Assembly (NCBI GenBank): GCA_002633005.1
Contig: NMRA01001097.1
Span: forward strand, 1 to 38,340
Source: Phoronis australis
Lineage: Eukaryota > Animalia > Phoronida
DNA: 38,340 bases
Reading direction: 5' to 3'
Shown one piece after another: positions 1 through 11,390 of this stretch; position 1 is the first letter of the stretch, and each line of letters starts with the position of its first letter. Below the pieces are notes generated by a model that saw nothing but the letters and a program-made list of their open reading frames with translations, ran no database searches and was not told where the DNA came from. A program made the translations under genes and the position numbers.

Positions 1-207
1 AAAGATCTTGAATATTATGGTTTTTGGAATTGAAATGATTACCTATAGTATCAGAAATGTTTTTATGTATTATGTTGAATCTATGATTACGAAACCGAGT
101 TTGTAGATTATGTTGAGTTTGTCCTACGTATTGGATAGAACATTTTTTACAAGTTATAAGGTAAAAAATATTGTTGGTGGTGCAATCAGAAATTTGTATC
201 GTTTTAG

Positions 208-262
208 GAAGTTTCGGCCGTCGGAAAGGCACCTGCTACACGCACGACATCGAATACAACTG
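208..262 (+). CDS. Internal coding exon (S/T-rich linker) of the DED-containing gene: EVSAVGKAPATRTTSNTT-G
   Basis: Acceptor tttgtatcgttttAG (AG 206-207) and donor G|GTAAGA (263). The 55-nt exon is open in phase 0 to phase 1; its last G joins GA at 4145 to give Gly in frame with the DED exon. Upstream exons lie outside the window. Confidence 0.65.
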
Positions 263-299
263 GTAAGAATGACTTCATTTGCATAACATGAATGTGACT

Positions 300-1210
300 C
301 ACCGTAGTGACGTATACCTGGAAAGTGTTTAGTAGCCCAGTATCTCTCAAAAAATCAGGATATCTGAAGACCTATCAATGTCACTTTAAAGAAAGTCAAG
401 TGTTTCAGAAGTATACTCGGGAGATTACCAGCCGGACCTACAGTAGAAACATGGTGATCAAAGAACTAAAAAATACAAAATTGAATACAATGCGCTGGGA
501 TTTTTCGCCCTCACCGCAAACAAATGTTCCTACGGAACTCAATCCGGTGTATCTTGCGCTACCAAAGCAGTGCAAAACAGGTGCATTTAATGGCTGGAAA
601 TCGTGAATTCTGTACCATTACACACGTACAGTATTTCAAACTAACCTGCACCATTCTCTTTAAATGTAGCCATTCACTACTTGCACGGATTCGCCATTTC
701 GCCTGAAAACGAGGTGCTGTGGGTAAACTACACTTCAGTAATTGTGTGGCATGTTTGGAAACCGTCGCCTCCACGTTTGCGGTGATAAAAGAGGCATCGT
801 GTAGTAAGCAACAATCTGTTTTTGCAGCGTCACCTGAGTATGGAAATATAGAATTTTACCTGGACCTTCCGGTACAATCCCAAGCATACTCACAAAACAC
901 TTGCACTTTTGTCTCTCGTGCTTTTTTAAGGTCTTGGTGTACATGTAGCTTGCTTGTTTCACTTGAGACTTTGTTTCTGGAACGCCCTCCTGGTCCACCT
1001 GCTTACGCTACAAAGAAGAATACATCGTCAAACTGTAAGATGGTGAAGCAAAACACGTCGAACCACAATTGCTTTGGTCCGCACTACTTATTACCGCCAA
1101 ATCCCATGTCAATTTTTGACAGCAAACTCTAATAATCCAACCAATTTGGGATTGCCAGCTCACATGGCTATGTAATATACTGTAAATTTCCTGATGAAGG
1201 GCTGAAATAA
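300..1210 (+). mobile_element. Degraded Penelope-like retroelement 3' relic (C-terminal region)
   Basis: Broken frames give 'PVYLALP' (~545-565), 'RTVFQT', 'SILTKHL' and 'LETLFLE...P.L...KEEYIVKL' (~960-1037), resembling Penelope C-termini. They are followed by CTGATGA...GAAA (1191-1208), a vestigial hammerhead-like core. Many stops and frameshifts. Confidence 0.4.
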
Positions 1211-2939
1211 TTATGCCATGGTGGTTATCAACGTACTTTAAGTTATTTAATGCTAACAGCAATCTGCTGCCATGTTCAAGTCGGTATCATAAAAAAATTC
1301 ACCAATATGCACAGGGTTCCAAGGTAAAAGCACTCGTATCATTGTGCAGTGGTGACTTTTCAGAGACCAAATATCAGAGCGACGTAGACGTAATGGCATA
1401 ACGTAAGACACCAGCGCAACACGTGCACATTGCCGACAAGAAACGTTTTATATTAATTATAGTTTATAACCAGCTTTTGAGTCCAAAGAATGGTACACAA
1501 ACGTGTGTTTCGACAAAACGTCAATTAAATGAACGGCTATAAGTAAGGCCAAATTACATCCTGACAGTAAATTTTGAAACGGAGATGTTTTGTAAGGATA
1601 TGTAAGATATTTTACAGAAAGTACATGTATGTGTATTTAAAAAAACATCGCCAGTCTTCAAATTTATATAAGGATATTGTAACTCCTGCATCGAGAACAT
1701 TTTTGAAATTAGGTATACTACATGTAAGTTGCCATTATTTGGCAGTGCAACAAAAAAAAACACATTGGTAGCAACATTTTGGCACTAGTAACATTGTAAT
1801 TTTTGTTTAATATAGATGTTCTAGATAACAAGTATCTGAGGCTATGGTACCGTTGACTAAGTTACCCCTTCATGTTCATCTCAAGCAACGTTTAGTGTTT
1901 ATTATCAAAACATCAAAAGTCCTACATTTGATATTTCCTCATACTAAATTGTAAAGCTTTAAAAACAAAACACAACCGAATTTTCGGAGATCGATGGATA
2001 AAGCACGGTGTGAGAAAGTGTTATATCAATGTGGTCATTTATTCTCGAGACATTTCGCTCATTCTCTTAGCTCAGTCCACCTGGGTAGGTTGTTCTCACA
2101 ACTGTTAACTAAGACTCAACATGAGCACATCTGTATGCCAGGTTACAGGCAATAGTGTTCTTCAACAGAACTAATTTATATGTGCAGAGAGTGTCTGGAA
2201 CATCAGTATCCCTACCTTTTTTCTTGGTATCGTGATGTTTGGTGCAACAATTTATTCCACTATGACGGGTCCCATAACAAAATTCCAAGTATTGAACTTA
2301 AGGACTCCTTTACTTCGTTATTCGGGAAGTCGAATTTTTGCATGCGCAGATTTTCTGAAAAGCAGGTGGTTACACAGCTTGTTTAGACAATTCAAAAAAC
2401 ACTGTAAAGCCCACGGCAATTAAACGAAATGTAATAACAATAACTTTGCGCGCTTTGTTGCAAATAAACGTGAATGTGTATCTCTTTTTAATATGGATAC
2501 GTAGGCGTATCTTTAGCAAATGTGGGTCGATTTTGACCAAAAAACATACCGTTTTGATCGACGAGAGATGATTCAAAATTAAGTTTTACAATTAAATGAG
2601 AAAAATGCAAAAATTGAAACACTCAGGCACATTCCATTCACAGACACCCAGAAAGCTTATCACTGTGGTAAATCAAACGCGAAGCTGATAATGTAAACAA
2701 AATGGCTGCACACTCGTTAAGTGGCCGTCCGCAGAAACCTGCCCGAACATACGGATGCGGGACTTCAGACACTGAACGAAATGATAAGATGAGGCGACGT
2801 TAGATAAAGATGGACACTATTCTAGAGTACTGCTAGACCTTAAAGATGCATGGAGCTTTAAAACTGCAAGAAACTCTACGGAATGTCGATTGCACTCAAA
2901 GAACTTGGACTGACTATCAATTAAATCGCCATTGTTTTG

Positions 2940-3030
2940 TCTATATCAAAGGTCAAAGGTCAAAGGTCACATATTCTTATAAGTGCAATTTTTGGAGACT
3001 TCGGCACTTCGGTGGCCGGGCTATAAAAAT
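2940..3030. repeat. Short HINE-like repeat-end fragment: (AAGGTCA)x3 plus a terminal hairpin and A-run
   Basis: AGGTCA at 2950, 2957 and 2964; imperfect hairpin cggcac-ttcg-gtggccg at ~3003-3019, followed by gctataaaaat. Confidence 0.3.
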
Positions 3031-4144
3031 CAAGCGCACGTGCATGTTACTGAAATTGAGGTGAAGAATACATTTTTTTTTAATACAACAGTTGTGCTTA
3101 TTGAAAACTCAACGTGCGTGGATGTTTTATCGACTTAATTTTAACTGTCAACAAGGCAACTGTTAGTTAGTGGAATTATTATGCGCTCTGTCTTTTGTCG
3201 CTGAAATCAGTTTCCTCCCTAGCGTGAACACGCTAGACCGATGAGGAAGGTACTATTACATTTATTGAAATGATTTCTCCTTTAACTTATTTCTAGAGTG
3301 AGTTCATCAGCTGAAATATGCCGTCTTTTACGAAGAGTCAGGGCATTTCTTGCTGGCTGTGTTTCCTGTATAAATGGGTGAACGTTTGAACAGCATGCAG
3401 GAATAAAAATCTGAATCAAAAAATATATATATAACAACAGTTACACACTTAAGCGGTATAAATACACTTTCAAAAATAGTGTAGCCGTCGTTCTTTACCT
3501 TATGTACATATACAAGGTATTCCACTGACGGAAATAGACGATAATGATAGATGATTTTCTAATTTCGGCCGAGATGCAAACAGCATTGTGTTCAGTAGAT
3601 TTGTACTTTAATATAAAGCAGAGGAAAACATTGCAGCTTGTTACGTATTACCAAATCTGGTGTTTTGTATTTTCAACTGTTTTGTTTGGAATAAATACTT
3701 GAGATAAGGCCTTTAAATAAAAATAATATGGTTAACAAAAAGAGTACGTCTCGTGGTTTAACCGCTATTGACATCACAGGTTTTTGAAAAAAATAATCAC
3801 GGAAGGAAAACACATATGTTACAGTCGAAATATTGTTGATTGAAAAACTCCATACAACTGTCTTAGACGCATCTGTGTAATGCTGAAATTTATGGATTCC
3901 ATTCATGCTTTACACTTGTGCATTAGTTCAACTTAGGTGCGACGTGTAGCCACCGATTTTCTGAAACCCATTAGTGGTGTTGGGATTTCTGGTCTTGCCA
4001 ATAGTAGAATAAAAAGGTTTAAGACATGACAGGCTTGTAACTTAATCATAGCATGTCTAGAGCAGCATTGATCCGTATGCAAACTAGTGAAAAAGACTAT
4101 CGATGCTGTTAACATAGCTTTTAAATGTGTTAATTTATTTGCAG

Positions 4145-4256
4145 GACTACGGGATAGTGCACGGAAACTCCATCGTGAACTGCTGCGTGAGGTTGTTGGG
4201 AGTCTCATCGATAGCGATTTTAAAAGGTTAAAGGCAGAGTGTAAAGATTGGATAGA
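4145..4256 (+). CDS. Coding exon, N-terminal half of a death-effector domain: (G)LRDSARKLHRELLREVVGSLIDSDFKRLKAECKDWI(E)
   Basis: Acceptor ttatttgcAG (4143-4144) and donor GA|GTAAG (4257); phase 1 to phase 2. The pattern HRELLREV..SL...DF..LK..C.D.I matches DED helices 1-2 (compare FADD/caspase-8 'LL..I...L...EL..LKFLC.D.I'). Confidence 0.85.
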
Positions 4257-4819
4257 GTAAGAAAACAAGCTAACATTGTGTGTTTACGAACTATCCATCT
4301 ACTGAACGGCGACTGCAAATAACTGAGAACGTATCAAGCTACCTGTTTCAGTCGGTCAAGGACCACCAATTTCAAAATGAAATAAAATGTGTATTACGCT
4401 GTTGATTCCGTAAAAAACAACGAAAGTTTCCTCTCCGATAATTGTCTTAAATTTGGTTTTGTTTAACCATCGATGAAATCGGCTGCAACTGTCGATAACC
4501 AGTCAAGTTACATCCGGGAAGTGTAATGAAGGCAACAACAGTGACATGAAATGCCACGTCATCACCATAGCTTCAGAGCTCTAAATAACCAGCAACATAC
4601 TGGTCCTGTATGCCCAATGACTTCTTCTTGCGTAGTATATTTTGCAGGTTCTTTACAGATATACTGACTGGATTAGTTTTTTGATTGTTACTGACAACTT
4701 GCCTATAGACATTGCTTTTGTTTGAAGGGTGAAGGTCTCCCAGTCTTTTGATAGGAACTTGGTAAGGAGTTTCGAATTGTTGCAATTCAGAAAAAGGCGG
4801 ACACATATAGTTGTAGCCG

Positions 4820-5240
4820 TTATTTTTTCTTGGTTTCACTGGGACCAGCAGTTTTAAACTGAAATGTCAATGATCTCCCTTGTACAGTCCATAGAAGGAG
4901 CAGTTGAGCTGAAAGTGGTTTTAAATCCTCTATGTAAACTATCTAATATGCTCAGTAAACTGAAGTTACCTGTCCCTTTGTTATACAGTAGCGATGTTGT
5001 TTGTCATGTTCAGTGTGCTAATTGGCATCACTTCTATATTGGACTCTCACCGAGACTCTTTTGCGACTGAGGGATAGACTATCACATCTCAGACAAAAGC
5101 AACTTCTGTGGGCAGTGATTCAGTAACAGTCGCCAAGCTAATTCAGTGAGTAATATATGCAAAGAATCTGTAAGAAATTTCTTAACCTTAAAGAGTCGCT
5201 GGCCATTCAAGACCCGTGTGCAGAACACCAGTGACCCTGC
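4820..5240 (+). mobile_element. Penelope-like element relic, GIY-YIG endonuclease region
   Basis: ORF 4864..5070 reads LKVVLNPLCKLSNMLSKLKLPVPLLYSSDVVCHVQCANWHHFYIGLSPRL, matching the Penelope pattern K.P.P....S.VVY...C..C...YIG.T.R.L. 'GFTGTSSFKLK' lies upstream and 'LNLKESLAI' (5181-5207) downstream. Decayed. Confidence 0.7.
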
Positions 5241-5779
5241 AGCTATGATGATGACCTCTTAAGTATTTTGTGTCATTGTTGTTGTACTCGTATCACGTCA
5301 TGGATGGATCCGATCAGCCATATTCCGAAGTAATGGCAAATTTGGCCATTTTTCGAGGCTCCAAAATAATGTGCACATCAGTGAACATCGTAAGGCAAGT
5401 TTTGTTTTCTCAGCATTTTGGTCTCTTACACCAGTCTGTATTTTTCATGTGTCAGAAATATGTCATTTCTTCTGCCATTTCGCAACTATTTGAAAAATCT
5501 TAACTGGGAGGTAGTCCAAGTTATACACTGTCAATGGAAACAGTTTAGTACTTAAATAAGTTGCTGGAGTCGCCTAAGTCATCAGTAAATGGTGAAAGAT
5601 CAAAGCTCATATGTGTTGGTTTCAACCGGGAGGGGCATCATCCGCCTACCGTAATCAAGTGGCGATAATGTAACAAAGGTTTATGAAATACATGCATGCG
5701 TAATTGAACCTATTAGAGGAGGACTTCGAACCGAGATCGTGGTCATGCGAATATCCGGAAGTTGCCGGTAAAGCTATAA

Positions 5780-8480
5780 AAAGACGAAGTCGAATTGAGA
5801 GTCATGTGATTACTGACATCATCATTTATGTTAGAGCGTGGCACCGTCCACTACCCTGATGTTCTAAAAAGAAGTTGAATACGTAATGCTTGTGGAGTTA
5901 AACTGATCGTGGGTGAAAAAAAAAACGTAGGGACTATGATGTGTACTGAATAAGAACCAAATGTTGCTTTCGTTACTGTAGCTTGCGTGGTTATGATATT
6001 GACTTTGCAGAAGTACAAAATGCGTTTGAACTCGGCATCTAGAATTGTTGGAAAAATCCGACTGCGGTGTCACTCCTCGCTTGCGTTGTCGACTCCATCG
6101 CCTGTTTGACGACGAATAGTTTATTACCGCATGTGAAGACCACTTTTCGTACATTCCCGACATCAAGAAGTACTAATGCAAACTCTGTGGTTCGTTTTGG
6201 AATGCTGCGTGGAAATTAGCTAGACACCAACAAACATGCAATGACAGTGTGATGCACTTTTTTCTTGGTAACGCGTACGCAACACCACTCACAGTTTTCG
6301 AGAAACTACTACACGAGGGACATAAAATTAACAGGAAAAGTTGGAGGCCCATAATCTAACCTGGGAGAGAGCACACGAGATAATGAGCTTTTCTGTTGCC
6401 GGTGACGTCGACGGGTTTGAAGATCCGCAGTGTTTTGTATCTTGTGTTGACTCCAAAGAAGTGGTGAGAAAAATGTTTCAACATCTTGTCGTCATCTGTG
6501 ACCACTCATAGTGCCTACTTACAGAGACGTTTGCGTGTTTTTATGAAGAACTTTAAGACGATAATAGAACCGATGTAGCAGACAATGCTGATTCAGATGG
6601 CGTTGGCGAAGACTGGGTAAGGTAACATAACAGTAGTCACTTCATACATCACCTGACTGCCAAGTTTTATAGTTACCTCAAACAGATACAGACGACTGTT
6701 TTCAATTCGGGAAAATGCGACCTGCATATTATGAACAAGGCTTTTGGTCAAATACTTTTATCATTGCATAAATTTGTGTGCTTAATATAAGACCACCTAA
6801 ATTTTTTTGACGTTGTGAACTTATTGGCCCGGAGTGGTAGTTACGCAAAGTTCTTGAAGGTGTCCTTGACGAATGAAGAGAAAGGGTTTTCCCTACGAGT
6901 ACGTAGATAACTTAGAGAAATTAGACAAAAGGGCTCAAGCGCACGTCTACAGCAGTTTGAAAGGGTAGGCAATAAGCGGCAACGATTGCATCCTCTGTAT
7001 TAAAGCAACATCATTGATGTGGTTTAGTAATAACGATACTGCACCCATGCTGGAAGCCGCCAATGTCACGGAAAATGGCGCTGACCTCTTCAAAGATGGC
7101 AATACCGTACGAGCACTGACACTGAAGATTTTCTTGAAGAACATCTGTAACGTATGCTTTCGTTGATTGAGGTAAAACGCAAACTTGCGCCGTCCCTTTT
7201 AACAAATATCGTTAGAGGTCCCAGTATTGCTTTGCACAGGTGACACGAAAAGGGAATTATGTTTATACTCAAAAAGGGAGATAGAGAAAGTGGGAAAATG
7301 CCAAAGATGGTGTCAACGATTGTGGGTTTGATGTATCTACTCTTTACATGCACCTTTGCAACATCATGCATAAACAAACAAACAAACCGGGCCATTTATT
7401 TGTCGTAGGCAAGAAAACGCTTTGCATTTAGAGTTTTCCCACCCTAAGGAAAGAAAGTCAACTGCTTGGTTGAATTACCTGTACGTACCGCGTGAACACG
7501 GAATCATTATTTGTCGCCAGTTCAACGGGGTTGCAAATAAGTTTGGACATTTTTTGTCGTTTGTAGCATAAAACGTTTCAATTCCAAGGAGGTTACTGTA
7601 GTCTCATGAGAAAGTTCTGTTGGCAACCTGACTTCTGCAATGGTGCTTGGAAAACTGCATGCAAATGTCAAACATCAAATTCGCTGCTTTTAAATACTTT
7701 CAACGTTTTGCTGAGGAAGTCAGCTACTCTAGGCCCGAAAGAGGGCAAAAAAAACATGGCTATTTTAGAACAGACAAAGAAATCTGTTAGGTAAGAGTGC
7801 GTATGGTAAGACGGTAACGAATCAAGAGAGCCGTCGTGACGTCAAGTACTCCGGAGAAGCTAAGGCTCACAACGAGGTCCAGTCCTCGGTATTCAGACGT
7901 GTCAACTAAATCGGCGACGGAAAATAGGAGTTGGAGATAAAAAGGACGACCATCCGCCTGAACCTGCTAATTAAAATAGGCTTCTTCGTCTATCAGTACA
8001 AGCATGTTGTTGTTTTACTACGCTTTATTGTTAAGATTCATCGACAGATCCGCTTTCGAATATTGCAAAATGGATACAGAATCCACGTGCATGGCCCTAT
8101 CCAGCAACTGTCTAGAAGACGTGATTAAACCCGACATGGGAGAAGCTATGGAGAGGGAATGCATCTCTGGTTTCCCAACAGACACTGGAGAAAACGAGGC
8201 CTGCGTCATACTTAAGCCCGGTTTATTGAAGTTGGAATTCGAAGACGACTACTGCATCGTACTTTTCTCTAAAACGTATGATATGTGTCCGAACGACAGA
8301 AAATCTCATTTTAAGTTGTAACAGTGTACAGCAACAGAGAAATGAAATACATACATGTAAGGGCTGGCACCTCAAAGTGTTACAAAGCACGAATAGTAGC
8401 TCGGCCCTGAACAATTGATTCGGCGATAACACCAAGTACACCTTATTGCAAGAGAAGAGTTGTCAACGCCTTTTTGTGAA
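5780..8480 (+). mobile_element. Fossil protein-primed family B DNA polymerase (pPolB) of a Maverick/Polinton/adintovirus-like element; pseudogenised
   Basis: Collinear motifs across frameshifts and stops: CCFRYC (~5961), HFSYIPDIK (6141), C2H2-like CKLC..W....KLARHQQTC (6177), GNAYATPLTVFEKL, LTWERAHEIMSFSV...GFEDPQCFVS, ExoII FNSGKCDL (6701), FFDVVNLLA...SYAKFLK...KGF-PYEY (~6800-6905), WFSNNDTAPMLEA...DLFKDG, NIVRGPSI, motif A GFDVSTLY (~7324), EKVLLAT*LLQW, motif B LLGKSAYGK (7784), IGFFVYQY-MLLFYY, motif C MDTES (8070), PGLLKLE...SKTY. Confidence 0.92.
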
Positions 8481-9129
8481 CTTGAATCAATTTTGTTTTT
8501 AATACACATTAGACGATCTTAAGTTAATGTTCTATTTTAGGTCGTCACAATGTCTGATTATTGTTCTAACCTCTTTAAGTGGCTAGACATACGCGACATC
8601 TGTTGTTCAGTTAAGTGGTTATAATATCCACTTTTAAGGTCAATACCTTTCAAGGGTCAGGTATACGCGACATCTGTTGTTGAGAGAGCAAATGTGATAA
8701 CATATATAACGACGAGAGGTGTCTCAGTCAAAATATGGGGATAAAACTCTCGTTGTTATTCGGAACACAATGTACTCCCAATTTTGTTTCCACTCTCGAC
8801 AGTCGAACTTTCAAACATATCCAACATCTTTTTAGATCCTCTGGATGGTGGTTGTTTCCACCACTAACCTACCTGATGTCGTCAGCTATCAATAATTGCT
8901 GATTCGATTTTGTCCTCTTTCGTCGTTACCGACGTCTTCGGGTTACACGCATGATCTTGGCCTTGATTCGAGTTCCCTCTTTAACAAGTCCAATTAAACC
9001 GTTCAAGTAATGAGTTGTGACGTCATTGTGACTTCCTTCCTTTAGGCTGATGATTTACCTTCCGGTTGCACCCATCACACGTGACCTTTGATTTTTGGCT
9101 ACCTATTGGCTTTTTTTACCTGATTTCGA

Positions 9130-9830
9130 GTTTGCTTGTTGGGATACGTCTCCAAAAGTCCTTGCTCTAAGGCTCATTGTGAAAACTGGTCTATGCTTTG
9201 CTACTCAGAAGGTCAGACATAACGGTGTCTTTCGAAAAGCTCCAAACACTGCGTCACCTCCAAGTTGCGGTTGCGGGTTTTTTTCTTTGGTTTGCAGTTG
9301 TTTTCGATTGTGAAAATCCTGCAGGAAGTTATAGATTTTGTATTTTTCTATTTCTAAGAGCGTAACAACGGATAACTATTATCTCTTGAGGGATTCACTT
9401 ACCGTTGTGATCCCTATTTCATGCTTTTTACATTTCCTCCCCATACTGCGAGCTCTTGGAAGGATTTTCGTGAAGCATAGAGACTTCAGAGAGACCAGAT
9501 TATTACCTTTTAAGATATATTGGACACATTGTATGCCACCTAGTGGCCCTTTTTATTACCACAAGACTGCTTGTCTATCTCCTTATCTACAAGCAAACCA
9601 CTGTAAAGATAATTCTGAAAATTGGTATAGGTGTTCCTATTAGGTGCTGGATTTGAAACTGGGTCCGGCTTGTATGGCACCCTCTTACGATAATTTCAGC
9701 ATTAGAACTGCGCCGTCCAATAGTAGTTTCCTGGTGGATCATCACAAAAGTTTGCACAGGCATCTACTGGAGAGAGTACAAGTGGGATTTGGGTCAAATC
9801 CCACTACTGCCGAGTTCCCTAGCTATACTT
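9130..9830 (+). mobile_element. Possible very degraded DIRS-type tyrosine recombinase relic
   Basis: Scattered, ordered similarities to DIRS recombinases: 'WDTSPKVL...KTGLCFAT..VR', 'LRAL', 'KDNSENW', 'SIRTAPS', 'QAST', 'KSHYC'. Each match is weak. Confidence 0.3.
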
Positions 9831-10875
9831 GTGTTCTATGAATATACATTGAAATATACCAAGTTCTTAGGTGGTTGTTCCTGAAATCGTGAACATAAGT
9901 TGTCATTTCGTGTAAAACAACACAATGTCTGTTTCAGATGGATTTGACCTTTGTTCCCGCCTTGTATCGTTTCCGCGAGTTTTGTGTAGACTGTTTCCCT
10001 TTACCAAATTTATTGCAGGATCATAAAAAATGACAGGACGTGTTCCTGACTTGCTTTGCACGTCTTGCACGCTATTGTGATTTTACTAGTTTTGCTCTAT
10101 TTAGTAAGAGTGTTTGAAATAATGACTGTCTGGTATCTGCGCGGTATGCAAAGCTCACAGTTGATGCAGATTAACGTTCCACGTTGCTCTTATTTTTTCC
10201 GTTACTTCCGGAATACCTGTGACACGTCAAACGTTCCAATCTCGTTACAAATGATCGTATTGTACCGGATCTAAACGATCTTCTCGCCTATGAACTCATT
10301 TTTTCATTTCCCTTAGTATGAATTCGAAATAACTTTCAGTTTTTTGTGCAGCCTTTTCTGTGAAAATCATGTTTGAGTACAAGTTCGCCTATGACGGAGA
10401 ATAGATTTAAAATATAACCTCGAATATGAACTCGAGATTTCGAGCTTAGACTCAAATTTTTAAACCTCAATAAATTTTTATGATGTGCAATCTCAGATTA
10501 GACAGATATCCAACTTCGCCATTGTGTATAATAATAGACACTACTTGTCATTCACAAAGGTGGAAAAGAAAATTACAAAAGTACGGTTACGGTGGATATC
10601 GATTAAAATGTTTAGACTTCGGAGTCTATTCACAACATAGGGTGGGTACTGTCACCTAAATTAAATAATAAAGAAAACGTTCTTGTCAACATTATAGTGA
10701 TTCTCAATCTTACAGTCGTCATAGCGCGCTGATATAAGTAGACGCACGTAACTGAAATGAAAATTTAAATGTTCTAATGAACCGTTACTAATCAGACTTA
10801 CAAAAGTCATGTACATGAGCAGACTCCGGGCTTGATTTTCGATTGACGTGGTCGTTAATGTTTTGTTGTTTTCAG

Positions 10876-11048
10876 ACCAGCACAACTAATGAAAATAACA
10901 GACACTTTGGAACTTCTAGACGAGTTCGAGAAGCGAGAGATTATTAAATGTGGGGAGTATAGAAACTTAATCGACATGCTGGGCGTGCTCGATTTGAACC
11001 AACTGAAGGGTCGAGTGGAAGGACTATCACGTGCTATAAATGCACTAG
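10876..11048 (+). CDS. Coding exon, C-terminal half of the DED: (E)PAQLMKITDTLELLDEFEKREIIKCGEYRNLIDMLGVLDLNQLKGRVEGLSRAINAL(G)
   Basis: Strong acceptor ttttgttgttttcAG (10874-10875); the phase-2 start complements GA from 4255-4256 to give GAA. Donor G|GTATGA (11049). The pattern L..I...LELL..FE....I....Y..L..ML..L....L...V matches DED helices 3-6. Overlaps track ORF 10889..11095. Confidence 0.85.
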
Positions 11049-11346
11049 GTATGAGCCAAGAGTTTGAACTATTTTCATGTATTGGCGTCTTGTGAGTAGC
11101 TATGGTTGTCTCTTATTTGTTTGAAAAGAATCAATGTAGAGTGTGAGTATCTCATTTAAATGCACAACAACATACTTTCCATTGCCAGAATTTTCTATTT
11201 TTAAGTACATAAAACCGTCTATGCATCGTGGTGTATAGTGCAGAACGTTATATGGATGAGATGTACCGCAACATGCTAAGTTTGTAATTTAAAAAGGTTG
11301 TTCAATATTAGTTCTATTTTGTTAATTGCATTTTTTAAATTTTCAG

Positions 11347-11390
11347 GTGTGGATCTTCCATCCACTGACGCCAGTCCCAACTTGACCTAG
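11347..11390 (+). CDS. Probable terminal coding exon of the DED gene: (G)VDLPSTDASPNLT*
   Basis: Acceptor ttttttaaattttcAG (11345-11346); the phase-1 start matches the previous exon; TAG at 11388-11390. An AATAAA lies downstream near 12314. Confidence 0.65.

Noticed and set aside
2950-2969. Functional nuclear-receptor DR1 element
   Set aside because: The AGGTCA triplet lies in a repeat-like fragment with a HINE-type hairpin; there is no independent evidence of function.
3933-4268. 111-aa minus-strand ORF
   Set aside because: It is the antisense shadow of the + strand DED exon at 4145-4256.
8004-8321. Independent 105-aa gene
   Set aside because: It is one surviving frame segment of the pPolB fossil (motif C MDTDS decayed to MDTES).
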